Shown: positions 1 to 10,435, counted from the first letter of the stretch. The stretch is DNA of 64,000 nt from a virus (IMGVR_UViG_3300033149_002311:1-64000); one strand, 5' to 3'. Made by a program: numbers and translations. The notes: generated from the sequence alone by a model not told the origin.

Positions 1-1161
1 TGATTACATTTGTACTAATTATGGTATGCTGCAAAACGTTAAGGTGCTGAAATGAGAAACTTTATCGTAATCTGGGATAACGGCGTAGATAACACTGCCT
101 TTGGCCCATGGACAACGGAAGAAGCTGCCTACCGGTTCATCCTTAATAAGGCTACCGAGACATGGGACCAACTATTTGATGAACCCGCGAACCTTGATAA
201 CGAAGATCGCTTCTTTGAGAACCTTGAGCGCCGATCTGGAAACAAATTTACAATCGTACCGGTAATTCCGCCATGTGAACAACCCGAAGCTGAGGACGCA
301 TTTGAATTAAATATCATATCGATATCAAAATTTTGCATACAGAAACAACTTGAATTCGGTTGGTACATAAGTAATGGTGGAGGAACATACCTACGTAAAG
401 ATGGTACAACCGGAGGTACCACAGTGGATAAAAGTGGCACCTATGCTTATTGGCGTGTAAAACAAGAAGCTAAAGACTTCTTAAAGGAATGGGAGAAAAC
501 AACATGATCTTAACACGCGCACAAAGGGAAGCGGTTTATCACAAATATCAACAGAGCCCCGACGGGTCAAACACTTACAAACAATTCCGAAAACGTGTGC
601 TATATGGCCCTGATTACATTATGTTGCATTGGTGTGGTATGTGGCTTGGGATTGAAAAAGATGGTTATACGCATTCATAAGGGGAGCAAAAATGAAACAA
701 ACTGAACTGAGATTAACACCAGAAGAAGTGCAAAGTGGCTACAATCGCCAACAATCAGCAGAAGGTTTAATACTTCAACTACCAGATAGTCATAATAGTC
801 GCAACTCGTGGCTACTAAACTTTGGTAAAAAGGTTAAGGCTAGAGAACTTAGAGCGATACACCACTTACGCTTTAACCCGGTTTATGATGCCATCTGTGA
901 TGAACCACCGAAGGAGAGGAGTATGAAGAAAGTTAAAAATATGTACAAGATCCACGGCCTAACGACCGCCAACGGTGAACATAAAGGTCACAACACTAAC
1001 AAATTTTACGAAACGTATGAAGATGCGCTGGTAATGGCGAAAAAATGCGTCAAACAAAGAGGTAACAGTGTTGTGATTTACAAAGCAATTAACATAGTAG
1101 AATTACGTGATCAACCGATTATGGTCACACCCGTCGTCGAAGATGATTTGACCTAAGAGCC

Positions 1162-1190
1162 TTGACCCCCGACCCTCGCTATGATATAAT
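1162..1190 (+). promoter_or_regulatory. sigma70-type early promoter
   Basis: TTGACC-17bp-TATAAT with an extended TG; member of a repeated promoter family. Confidence 0.8.
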
Positions 1191-1242
1191 GGGGGTGCAG
1201 TCAAGAGATAACTTTTTAAACCAGAGACAAGAGGATAAACTT

Positions 1243-1704
1243 ATGAAATCAGGAACCGAAATTGTAGTTGATGGCAAGATTGCCGAATTTGTTTCAAAGA
1301 ATGGCGGTTGGGTCACAATCATCGATCACGCCGGTACAACACGCAAAGTTCGCAGTAGCAAAGTATCGCCGGTCACGACGAAAGTTGTAAAAGTTGAATC
1401 CAATGAAGATGAAGATGATCGTGTTCGCCTCTACCCCAAGATGGAGAATTACGTCAAGGGTCTGGGATCAACACCCAGCGGGCGCAGCACAATTGACATC
1501 GACGATGACGTTGCTGAGCAGCTTCGGGGCATGAATTTCGAGACCGCAGCCAAGGCTGTTGCCAAAGAAATGGTCGCCCTCGGTGAAAAAACCACAGCCG
1601 GTGAACTGATGGCGAAATATGAACACCTCAATCCGGGCATGCAACGCATGAACCTTGGTAACAAGCTCCGAGGTGCAATCAAACGCGCTGAAGAAGCAGG
1701 TTAA
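1243..1704 (+). CDS. Hypothetical protein, C-terminal paralogue of 28982-29395
   Basis: GAGGA RBS before ATG 1243; KYEHLNPGMQRMNLGNKLR resembles RYAHLGAGLQSMNLRNRMR. Confidence 0.75.
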   Translation: MKSGTEIVVDGKIAEFVSKNGGWVTIIDHAGTTRKVRSSKVSPVTTKVVKVESNEDEDDRVRLYPKMENYVKGLGSTPSGRSTIDIDDDVAEQLRGMNFETAAKAVAKEMVALGEKTTAGELMAKYEHLNPGMQRMNLGNKLRGAIKRAEEAG

Positions 1705-1713
1705 GTAATAACA

Positions 1714-1735
1714 GGGGCCGGGTAACTCCGGCCCC
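1714..1735 (+). terminator. GC-rich hairpin GGGGCCGG-GTAACT-CCGGCCCC without a U tract
   Basis: 8-bp perfect stem just after the stop at 1704; the same stem recurs at 52867-52886. Confidence 0.45.
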
Positions 1736-2703
1736 AAACTTGTAGGGGAAAGTAAATGGAAAGACCTCAATCAAACCGACACTTATTAGGCCCATGTTCT
1801 GATGGTATTTGCAAATTAGGTATTTATGCTAACAATGGGACCAGTAATTTGTTTCATGGCTGCAAGCCTAAACATAATCATCATATCACAAACCGAATTA
1901 AACCGGCCCGTGTTTGGCTTGATGAAGAAGGTTATATTTGTGCGGAGGTTGGTAAGAAGAATGAAATGCCAACCAGCGGTCAATTTGTAGCCATGTGGGA
2001 ATTTGATAACCAAATCTGGTCACGTACCCTCAAATGGGTTGATGATGTTTTAATGTTTCTAGACATCAAAACTAACGAATTTGTTGAAGATTCTTCATGG
2101 CCTAAATTTGACCCCGAAGATAATGTTAATCCTATTTACCATGTGATTGATCATGAATAAAATTCACTTTGCAGTCGAAGGGCGTAATGGTTATTGGGCC
2201 ATCGACGAATACCAGAACCCAAATGGCGACAAATATAGTGGCTGTATTCGGCATGTCGAATCCTTTGAAATACAAAAACAAGCTAATTCAGTTTGTAGCT
2301 ATTTGAATTATCTAGCTGACCAGATAAACAAAGCTAACAGATTCCTAAATCATGCAGAAAAAGGGATGCCACAGGATTGGTTGCTTGTTAGCGACATCAA
2401 ACAATTCTTAACCAGATATAGGGGATAAACAAATGCCAATAATCAAATGTATGGCCGATGATTGCCGGTGGAATAAAGATAATATTTGTGGTGCAGCAAT
2501 TGCCGAACTTATCTTCCGTGGGGGTGAGAATCCTGAATGCATATCCTTTGATAGCACACAACCGATGCCAAACGAAGCTATTACCCTTCTACAAGAGGCA
2601 CAAGCCACTTTACCAGATCAATGGCTTGCTAAACCTGAAGCAATTAAGGATTTAGTTAACAGAATTGATATCTTCCTGTCTAACCATAAATAGAGGTTTG
2701 CCA

Positions 2704-2925
2704 ATGGCCCCCGGATTTAATCCTTTACCAGTATTTATCCTATTTTTTATAATTATCACACTTTATATGGTCCCGTCAATAATAGCTTATGTATTAAAGC
2801 ATAAACATCGCAGCAATATATCGATAATTAACCTCATGCTTGGATGGACAATAATCGGGTGGTTTGCCTGTTTAATATATACCCTAGCATGCCTCTGGAA
2901 GGCTGATCTGTGCGACGAGATTTAG
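2704..2925 (+). CDS. Superinfection immunity-like membrane protein (T4 Imm family)
   Basis: LYMVPSIIA...INLMLGWTIIGWFACLIY matches the Imm_superinfect pattern. Confidence 0.8.
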   Translation: MAPGFNPLPVFILFFIIITLYMVPSIIAYVLKHKHRSNISIINLMLGWTIIGWFACLIYTLACLWKADLCDEI

Positions 2926-2960
2926 TAAAGAGGAGCCCCTCCCCGGCCCTCAGGTGGGTG

Positions 2961-3033
2961 GGATAGCTATATATGTGCCGGGGTATATCGCCGAGTGGCA
3001 AGGAGATACATCCCCGTGCGACGGAGACATACC
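2961..3033 (+). repeat. About 73 bp element repeated at 56053-56126
   Basis: Shared blocks ATAGCTATATATGT, GAGTGGC and TCCCCGTGCGACGGAGA at identical spacing. Confidence 0.85.
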
Positions 3034-3231
3034 GGTGATATCGATCGATAGGGTGGGTGGTGACCAGAAATACACTAAGCAAATGATAAGACCCCCATAC
3101 CTGTTACTAAATCTCGCATGCGTGAGCATTATACGCTACGCGCACCAGAGGCTGTCCGTAGTCACAAACTCCCTTAGAATCCAAGACATTTTCGAGACCT
3201 TAGCCATTTTGAATATCTGTTCCATGAAGTG

Positions 3232-3247
3232 TGTTTCACGTGAATCA
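3232..3247. promoter_or_regulatory. parS-like palindrome
   Basis: TGTTTCACGTGAATCA is 15/16 to the chromosomal parS consensus TGTTTCACGTGAAACA; half-sites TGTTTCACG at 3570 and 3583. Confidence 0.55.
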
Positions 3248-3510
3248 TTTGATATTAGATTGGATCTAAAATTTTCGGTTTAAATTAACATCTCAAAATT
3301 GCTTCGGGATTATTTTTAAAAATGGGTACAGCAGGGTCAATATCCGGGAATATACCCTGTCTGTCCATAATTATTTTGCGGACTGACTACCGTTTCCGGC
3401 TCTTAAAAAAAGAGATGACCCCCATTGGTTATTTTTAGGTCATATGGTCACCCTCGAACCCACTACGGACATATTCCTTGTCGTCCTCCGATTCTCAGGT
3501 AAAGATGGGA

Positions 3511-3539
3511 TTGACCTTACTGGCCGGACATGATATACT
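3511..3539 (+). promoter_or_regulatory. sigma70-type promoter of the primase gene
   Basis: TTGACC-17-TATACT with TG extension. Confidence 0.75.
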
Positions 3540-3619
3540 GCCTCGGCATACTCTCTGAGGTATCCGGAGTGTTTCACGAGTATGTTTCACGGGATTAATG
3601 ACATAGAGAAGAGGGCTTT

Positions 3620-5137
3620 ATGAAATATTTTATGGATCTTTTTGTTGCCAATACTGAAGTATTTGGGCAGTGGAATCCGAGTAATAAAGAGATGTTCGCG
3701 GTGAAGTCTAAACACCACGAAGAGCAGTTTAAGAATCATTTTAATGGGATCATGGGATTAGGTTTAGCACCTGTTATGAGTAACAATCATTGTTATTTCG
3801 GGGCTATTGATATTGACGCGCATGGTGATTTACCGGATATTGATATTATTGCTTTAGAGGCAAAGATCAGGGTCGCTGAATTACCGCTTGTGGCTTGCCA
3901 AAGTAAGTCTGGGGGCGCTCATTGTTACGTCTTTTTCGAGGAGCCTGTGCCAGCAGTTATGGTCCAGTTTTTATTGAGAACGTGGTGCAGACTTTTAGAT
4001 TATCCGGAGACCACGGAGATTTTTCCGGTACAAACAGTACTTGAGGAAGGTCAACAAGCTGGGTGGATAAATTTACCATACTTTAACAAAAATCAGCGGG
4101 TTGCAGCTAATGAAGGAAAATTACTTTCATATGAAGAATTTATCGAACTAGCACAGGCTAGAAGAATTAACCCAGATAATATTAGCGATGAAATGCTAAA
4201 ATCGTTTAAAGGAATCCCACCATGCCTACAATCGATGCTAACAAATGGTGTGGAGTCGGGTTATCGCAACCACGCCCTTTACAATTTTACAGTTTATCTA
4301 AAGCGGGCCTATCCCGGCCAGCATCGAGCAAAAGCTCGTAACATCAATGAACTTATTTTCGAACAACCACTATCAAGGCGGGAGGCTGAACGTACAATAG
4401 CATCGGCTTCCAAGCGGGATTATCTTTATAAATGCAAGGAAGAGCCCTGTAAAAGTTTATGTAATCCGGAGGAATGTATTGCTAGAGAATTTGGTATTGA
4501 TCCCGATGAAGATTTTAACAATGGGGAAGAACACCATTTTTCGAATCTCCGGAAGTATATTACTGACGAAACGCATGAATTTGTTGTCTGGGAACTTCAA
4601 TATGACGAACGAACAATAAAAATAAATAATGATGTCTTATCTGATTTCATGATGTTAAGGAAGGAAATCCTAAAACAGTTAGATGTAATGCTCCCCCCCA
4701 TGAAGGTAATGGAATGGACCAATATTCTAAATGATTTATTACAAACTCATACTAAGGAATTTGTGCCAGAAACGGCAACCATGGCTGGGCTGGTAAGAAC
4801 TCGGATGACGGAATTTATTCAAAAGGCCGATCTAGATAGTGATGGGACAAATAAAGATGACCGGGCATTGATTAATAGAGGTGTGCCGGTAGTTCAAGAA
4901 ATGGACGGGGTTCGTTCAGTGTGTTTCCGGGCACAAGACTTTGTTAGTTACCTAAAGAAAACTAGGGGTGAGGATATTAGGGGGTCGAATCTCTATCTTG
5001 CTTTAAGGGCAGCTGGTTTAAAGTCAAGGAGAATTCGTCTTGATGAAACTGGAGCTAAGACTAGTATATGGTATTTACCTATTGATGAGATGGTCCCAAT
5101 GGAATTGGGTGAGGATAATTTTCAATCAGAATATTAG
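3620..5137 (+). CDS. AEP-family DNA primase/polymerase with PriCT-like and Cys-rich domains
   Basis: AIDID and SKSGGAHCY catalytic motifs; GYRNHALYN PriCT-like segment; CKEEPCKSLCNPEEC. Confidence 0.85.
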   Translation: MKYFMDLFVANTEVFGQWNPSNKEMFAVKSKHHEEQFKNHFNGIMGLGLAPVMSNNHCYFGAIDIDAHGDLPDIDIIALEAKIRVAELPLVACQSKSGGAHCYVFFEEPVPAVMVQFLLRTWCRLLDYPETTEIFPVQTVLEEGQQAGWINLPYFNKNQRVAANEGKLLSYEEFIELAQARRINPDNISDEMLKSFKGIPPCLQSMLTNGVESGYRNHALYNFTVYLKRAYPGQHRAKARNINELIFEQPLSRREAERTIASASKRDYLYKCKEEPCKSLCNPEECIAREFGIDPDEDFNNGEEHHFSNLRKYITDETHEFVVWELQYDERTIKINNDVLSDFMMLRKEILKQLDVMLPPMKVMEWTNILNDLLQTHTKEFVPETATMAGLVRTRMTEFIQKADLDSDGTNKDDRALINRGVPVVQEMDGVRSVCFRAQDFVSYLKKTRGEDIRGSNLYLALRAAGLKSRRIRLDETGAKTSIWYLPIDEMVPMELGEDNFQSEY

Positions 5138-5536
5138 AAAAAATACATCCGTAGGATATATTTTGCTTTGAACCTACAGGGAGAAAAGTATGGCGGGACC
5201 AGATATAATAAGCAAACCAGAAATAATCATTATTGATGATGAAACTATTATCATCCGGAAAAGGGAATAAGATATGGCTGGTAATTATGATCAGGGGCGA
5301 TATACCAAAAGATAATGTACAAGAAAGGATGAGCAAATGAAAGAGTTATCAACAGACCGCAATGTGTTCGCTGATCATAACAATTACAGGCGCAAATATT
5401 TAAACTCGGGCGTGATGCGGAGAAAGATTTATTTTATAATTAAAATGAACAAATTTAGGGTCCCATCACCCAGTGAAATGGAAGACATACCCCAAACAAG
5501 GAACAGCAATGATAATTTTCAATCAGAATATTAGAA
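5114..5536 (+). repeat. 26-bp direct repeat GATAATTTTCAATCAGAATATTAGAA at 5114-5139 and 5511-5536
   Basis: Exact duplication of the primase 3' end; both ORFs end in DNFQSEY. Confidence 0.9.
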
Positions 5537-7982
5537 GAATGACTTGTGAGTTTTTAGGTAGACGGCTAAACTCAAATACTTTGATGTGGGAGTATTCAGA
5601 TGGTTCTGGTAGGTTGATTACTGAGGAAAAAAGAATACGGGTACTAGAGAGTATACATAGTCTGTCTGAGTTTAAGATTAGTGATAAAGTATATAAAGGT
5701 AATAACGGACTTAATGTTTTAGCAGAGCTACATATTAGCTAAGTATGAATATTGAAGAAGATGCGCCTATGAATTACCGAGGAGGTATACTCATGTTCAA
5801 TATTTTCAAAAAGAAAACGACTGAAGAAAAAATAATTAAGCTTAAGTGTGAGATCGCAGCGATGGAAAAGGAGATAGAAGTTCTTTGGAAAATTGAAACT
5901 AAAGGCGGTTATTTATTTGGTAAGCGTGATGAAATCATTTCCGTGGAAAAGAAATTGGCTTACAAGAAAAAGAAAATAGAATTATTACAATGTTAAGTAA
6001 AAGTGGAAAGGTTGAATGGAGTTGCCCTGAATGTGGATCAATTAAGATACAAGGGCCATTTATAATACTTGGGCAGCAATCTGGAGGATGTGGCCACTGC
6101 AATACTTGGTGGCCTTGGCGCTCAAGAATTAAAAAAAGTGTAAAGAAATTGCACAATGAAATTAGAAAGAGAGTGTTTTGTAACAGTTTGAAGGAGAAAT
6201 AGTTATGGCGGTAATGAATCAAAATACGAGTTATGAGAATATTTGTTCTTGCGGCAAACATTTTAAAGGTGATGCATTCCCAGACACCGAATTGATTCCT
6301 GATGAAGCCGGGTCAATTACTGGAAAGGATGGAACTAAAGGTCGGATAGAATGGGTGCCAGCGACAGTTAAAGATGGGTGTAAGGATTGCATATCACGAC
6401 TAGAAAAAGAAGTTGAGGAAAAATACTACGTAGAATTAGATGCTTTGCCTCTCGAAGAAAGAGTACGAAGAATCGAAAAGTGGATAAGGAATTTCAAGCA
6501 TCAAGAACAATGGTATGTGCCGCCACCTAGATATTGAGAAATAATATGAGTGCAGATACATTATGGAATTGGGATGTAAAGTGGGTAAATTTTAAATGAA
6601 TGATGCAGGTTTAATATTTATAGGATTCCCATTTCTTGTGGTTTTTTTAAGTTCAATTATGTGGTTAAGCCATAAATTAGTTGGGATCTTACCCTTGAAT
6701 TATATTCAGCAAACCAAGTGGGAAGATAGAATATTTTGTTTATTATTCATTATTTTTTGGATCGGCTTCGCATTTTTAGCAAAACTAATAGAGGGTTGAT
6801 AAGATGCCACAAATCGGGATGGAAGTAAATGAGAGTGTATGTTGTGATGATTGGCAAACAGGGATAGATGAGATAAATAGTTTTATTACATTGCAATCTA
6901 TACGATCAAGCCAACCAAATATCTACACCGGAAGGCCATTTTCATACTGCCCGTGGTGTGGGATTAGGAAAGCACCGCCAATGGTGGTGGATAAACATAA
7001 AATTATTGAACGCTGGGAATGTAATGGTTGTTATAGGGGGGTGGTAAGTATCCTTGTATAGTAGAAATACACGCTGATAATTCGCAAATTCTTGAACACT
7101 TAAAAGATGCTGATCGATTCGTACGAAAAATATGTGTCTGTGATAACAGCATAACAACTGATTGGGTACGTGTTGTTTGACTATCAGCGGTTGACTATCA
7201 TATCAGTGTGTGGTATGATAGGGTATAGAAAAGAGGGAGGGACAGATGAAATTATCCAGTGGTTTTGATTCACCAAAAGAATTAATAGGTTATTGTTCTA
7301 TTCATTGTGAGACACCGAGAGCACTGTTTAATGGCAGACAAATTAATGATATGATCATGCTTGCGGGATATCCAGATGACTTCCCAAGAGAGGTTGACCC
7401 CAACCTATGGATTTCTGCAAAGCAGCCGATGCAAGATTTGTGCGACTTAGCACTAAAAAGATGAAGGGTAAAATGAAAGCCGTATTAACGGTATACCACT
7501 TTATGTACCCCCAACATTTCTATTATTTGATGGGTAAAGGCATGGGTGTACGCTGGACTCCTTCGTGGTTTATTTTAAGTCCAGTTTTACGTAAAAATTG
7601 GGGAATGCTTATTTTATTATTTTGCTTAGCCGGTTGCAGCGATAAAGTTATACTTAGCTATGAATATACGGACGTCACCCCGATGGGTATTAAATATCGT
7701 GTAGATGCCGGGGCTGCTTCATTAGACGCCGATCGGTTGGATTATTACTTCGCGTCTGTGATGAATTGTGTTGGTCGATCATATGATCCAAATAATTTAT
7801 TAGTTATTTCCACAGTCAGGAATATTGATCCAGAACTAAGGGAACGTGATGTGGTTGTTATCAATGCAATTAATGCACGGGCCTTAACATATGCCATGTT
7901 GACGTATGAATTTGTATATGTAATAACAGGTAATGAATCCCTACGCTGTAGTGAAGTACCATTTGGTTATGCGAGGTATTAA
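5337..7982 (+). other. Cluster of small hypothetical genes (several CxxC proteins, membrane proteins and a lipoprotein-like ORF ending at 7982)
   Basis: Packed + strand ORFs; LAGC lipobox in the 7407-7982 ORF. Confidence 0.65.
7191..7219 (+). promoter_or_regulatory. sigma70-type promoter, nearest upstream of the cassette array
   Basis: TTGACT-17-TATGAT; TTGACTATCA is duplicated at 7177. Confidence 0.75.
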
Positions 7983-8093
7983 CATGAAAAGAGATGATCC
8001 AAGATTAGCAGATTATCTGGAGATCATGGAAGCGGAAGCACATCATGATCACGAAATTATTGAAGATGAGAATGGTTACAGTCGGATTTATCC

Positions 8094-8168
8094 TTATAAC
8101 GCCTGAATTAACGCGCTGGCGTAGCCAGTCGCAGCGAGGAACGAGCAATGTTTAATGATTTGTTATGT
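8094..8168 (+). repeat. attC 1
   Basis: TTATAAC...GTTATGT with inner CTGGCGTAGCCAG hairpin. Confidence 0.85.
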
Positions 8169-8420
8169 GTAAGGCACAATATACATCTTGTATGTATAGG
8201 TGGCTGTAGTGCACATAGAGATAATTGGTATTGCCCTGAGTGTGACAAAGAGAACGATTGTTTTAGGCACAACACGGAATATAAAAAGACCGAGTTTGAA
8301 CATGAGATAAATTGCAAAAAGGGTTTGTGGGGCGTAACCGCACCAACTAAAAAAGAAGCTGAGCGAGAAGCAAGGCATTATTTTCGGCAATATTTTAGTG
8401 ATGGTGAATACAACACATAA
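8148..8420 (+). CDS. Cassette 1 ORF, Cys-rich hypothetical protein
   Basis: GAGGA RBS and ATG lie inside attC 1; stop TAA lies inside ACATAAC. Confidence 0.65.
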   Translation: MFNDLLCVRHNIHLVCIGGCSAHRDNWYCPECDKENDCFRHNTEYKKTEFEHEINCKKGLWGVTAPTKKEAEREARHYFRQYFSDGEYNT

Positions 8421-8472
8421 CGGCTGAACTCAACCGCGAGCGCAGCGAGTCGCTTGGAGTGATTTGTTAGGT
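8415..8472 (+). repeat. attC 2
   Basis: ACATAAC...GTTAGGT. Confidence 0.85.
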
Positions 8473-8484
8473 ACGGAGGAGACA

Positions 8485-8784
8485 ATGAAAGAAGAAGAAT
8501 TAAGAGAGTGTGCTGTATGTGCTAATTGCGAAAAGAAAATAGGGCATACAGGTATGCCAATATTTCATAGAGTGAGCGTGCAAACATACGGCCTTGATGG
8601 CCACGCTATGCAACGACAAACAGGGATGGAAATGATAATGGGTGGCCATGTTGGTTTGGCTCAAGTTATGGGTGCAAACGAAGATTTAGCAACTGAGATT
8701 GGCGAGAAAGAAGAATTTACATTATGCGCTGATTGTTGGGTGAAAGAATTACCAATAGCTTCACTGGTTGAGTCTAGTACCTAA
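8485..8784 (+). CDS. Cassette 2 ORF, CxxC hypothetical protein
   Basis: GGAGGAG RBS; stop inside ACCTAAC. Confidence 0.8.
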   Translation: MKEEELRECAVCANCEKKIGHTGMPIFHRVSVQTYGLDGHAMQRQTGMEMIMGGHVGLAQVMGANEDLATEIGEKEEFTLCADCWVKELPIASLVESST

Positions 8785-8852
8785 CGATTAGCTATGCGGC
8801 TGGCGTAAGCCAGTCCGAGCGAGGAACGAACGGCATAAGCGGCTTGTTATAA
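8779..8852 (+). repeat. attC 3
   Basis: ACCTAAC...GTTATAA; same family as attC 1 and attC 12. Confidence 0.85.
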
Positions 8853-8871
8853 ATCAAACACAGGTGAAGGT

Positions 8872-9057
8872 ATGTCAAAAAATGTGAAATGCAAATGTGG
8901 TATTGAATCGATTTACGTTACTAGCACAGATAAAACTAAGGACGGGAAATATTACTGTATTAGAAAACCGCCAATATCAACTGAGCATGTTGGGCATTTG
9001 ATAACAACAGCTCCGGCAACCGCCTTTGTTGATGAACCGCATAGATGTGCGGATTGA
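8872..9057 (+). CDS. Cassette 3 ORF, hypothetical protein
   Basis: ORF fills the space between attC 3 and attC 4. Confidence 0.7.
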   Translation: MSKNVKCKCGIESIYVTSTDKTKDGKYYCIRKPPISTEHVGHLITTAPATAFVDEPHRCAD

Positions 9058-9058
9058 T

Positions 9059-9116
9059 TTATAACGACCGCGATAAGCTGTGAGCGTAGCGAATCAGCTT
9101 CATTAGCTTGTTATGT
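9059..9116 (+). repeat. attC 4
   Basis: TTATAAC...GTTATGT. Confidence 0.85.
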
Positions 9117-9126
9117 GTGGTAATTA

Positions 9127-9422
9127 ATGCAAATGAACGATAAAAATATAGGTGTTTTTGATTGTTGCAAATGCTTAAAGAGGTTTGAAATGGTAGCGGG
9201 ACCGCATGTCAAATGCCCGTTTTGTGAGCACGTTTATATCAAATGGATAAATAAATTATGAAGAATTACATAAAAACAATTTTAGAGCGCATTGTTAACT
9301 ACCGCACGGGTCCAGTAGCCTGGTGGGGATTCTGGAATCCTTTAAGTGGTATAGCTGGAGGATTATTTGGCGGGACGTTGATATGGATTGCTATTTACTT
9401 ATACTTAGCTTTTTACACATAA
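9127..9422 (+). CDS. Cassette 4, two small ORFs: 9127-9261 (44 aa, CxxC...CPFC) and 9258-9422 (54 aa, hydrophobic)
   Basis: Translated by hand (below the ORF-track cutoff); ATGA overlap; second stop lies inside ACATAAC. Confidence 0.65.
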
Positions 9423-9537
9423 CGTTAAAGCTGTGCTGCCTGCGGATTGAAACCACTGGAGAATATTATGGTAGACGAAGCCACTGAACAAGAATCAAAC
9501 GCCGAGGTAGCAGGTCAGAACCAGCGTGTTGTTATGC
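9417..9537 (+). repeat. attC 5 (long, 121 bp)
   Basis: ACATAAC...GTTATGC; arms CTGCCTGC / GCAGGTCAG. Confidence 0.8.
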
Positions 9538-9779
9538 GCCTTATTACCGAGACAGATCAACTCGAAGTCGGTAGAAAATATTGGGTAAAGGAAAAACACT
9601 TTGAGACAAGCATTGATAATATTAGGGTTTGTGAAGATCACCCCGAAGGTGGTAAGTATTTTGGACCGGGTAATACATGGGCTTCCGAAAGTAATCCACA
9701 GGCATTTAGGCGTTGGCATATCTACGGGCCAATTCCTGAGCTAACAAAGCCTGACTGGGACGAAATACTGGGCACATAA
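9468..9779 (+). CDS. Cassette 5 ORF, paralogue of the central domain of 15438-16118
   Basis: GGAGA RBS and ATG inside attC 5 (alternative ATG at 9534); LEVG..YW...KYFG...AF.RW.I.GPIP is shared. Confidence 0.75.
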   Translation: MVDEATEQESNAEVAGQNQRVVMRLITETDQLEVGRKYWVKEKHFETSIDNIRVCEDHPEGGKYFGPGNTWASESNPQAFRRWHIYGPIPELTKPDWDEILGT

Positions 9780-9843
9780 CATATTGAAATAAGCGGCACG
9801 AGCCGCAACGCGGCGATGGTCGCGCTTGATTGATTGGTTATGT
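9774..9843 (+). repeat. attC 6
   Basis: ACATAAC...GTTATGT; near-identical to attC 8. Confidence 0.85.
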
Positions 9844-9862
9844 TGCGACTATGGAGGAAGCA

Positions 9863-10144
9863 ATGGAAACAAAAACAGTGTTAGTTTTTACTGCCTGCAA
9901 ATGTTTGAAATGCGGGACAGTGAACGCATACCACCGTTGCGGGTGTTCGTGTTGGCCAAGCATCGGATTATTGCCACCCGATATAGAAAATTATCGAATG
10001 CAATATGGTTTTTTTATGGAAGGCAAAAAAATGCCTGACAACTTTATTTCATTCGATGAGGTTAAGGAACTTCTTACTAATGATAGGCAGGTATGGGGGC
10101 CGGATGGATTGCCTATTACATTGGCGGATTTTGATGACGCCTAA
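9863..10144 (+). CDS. Cassette 6 ORF, Cys-rich hypothetical protein
   Basis: GGAGG RBS; stop inside GCCTAAC. Confidence 0.75.
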   Translation: METKTVLVFTACKCLKCGTVNAYHRCGCSCWPSIGLLPPDIENYRMQYGFFMEGKKMPDNFISFDEVKELLTNDRQVWGPDGLPITLADFDDA

Positions 10145-10269
10145 CGATTAATTGAGGGGCGCACGATGGGCGAAAAACAAACTTTATGTACACGCGCAAA
10201 TATGAAACCGTGGGAAAAAATTGTTGAAACTGACGCAGAAAGTGCGTCCCCTCCAATGGCTGGTTATGC
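10139..10269 (+). repeat. attC 7 (long, 131 bp)
   Basis: GCCTAAC...GTTATGC; arms GAGGGGCGCAC / GTGCGTCCCCTC. Confidence 0.85.
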
Positions 10270-10435
10270 CTGGACAGGGTTGCCAATGGCCACATGCCCG
10301 CATTGTAATGTGGAATCACAGATTGATGATTACTACGAATTAAGTGCTGGGAGTACCTTCACATGCCCCGCATGCGAAAAGGAAATAGAAATTCTAGAGA
10401 GGCACGAAGTAGTAGAAATTAAAGTGAAGGCATAA
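10166..10435 (+). CDS. Cassette 7 ORF, zinc-ribbon protein (CPHC...CPAC)
   Basis: Stop inside GCATAAC; start uncertain (10166, 10256 or 10286). Confidence 0.7.
   Translation: MGEKQTLCTRANMKPWEKIVETDAESASPPMAGYAWTGLPMATCPHCNVESQIDDYYELSAGSTFTCPACEKEIEILERHEVVEIKVKA

Larger units (their letters stand above)
52..2693 (+). other. Cluster of small early hypothetical phage genes (52-507, 504-680, 692-1156, 1243-1704, 1756-2160, 2147-2428, 2433-2693)
   Basis: Tightly packed co-oriented ORFs with purine-rich RBSs; no family recognised. Confidence 0.75.
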
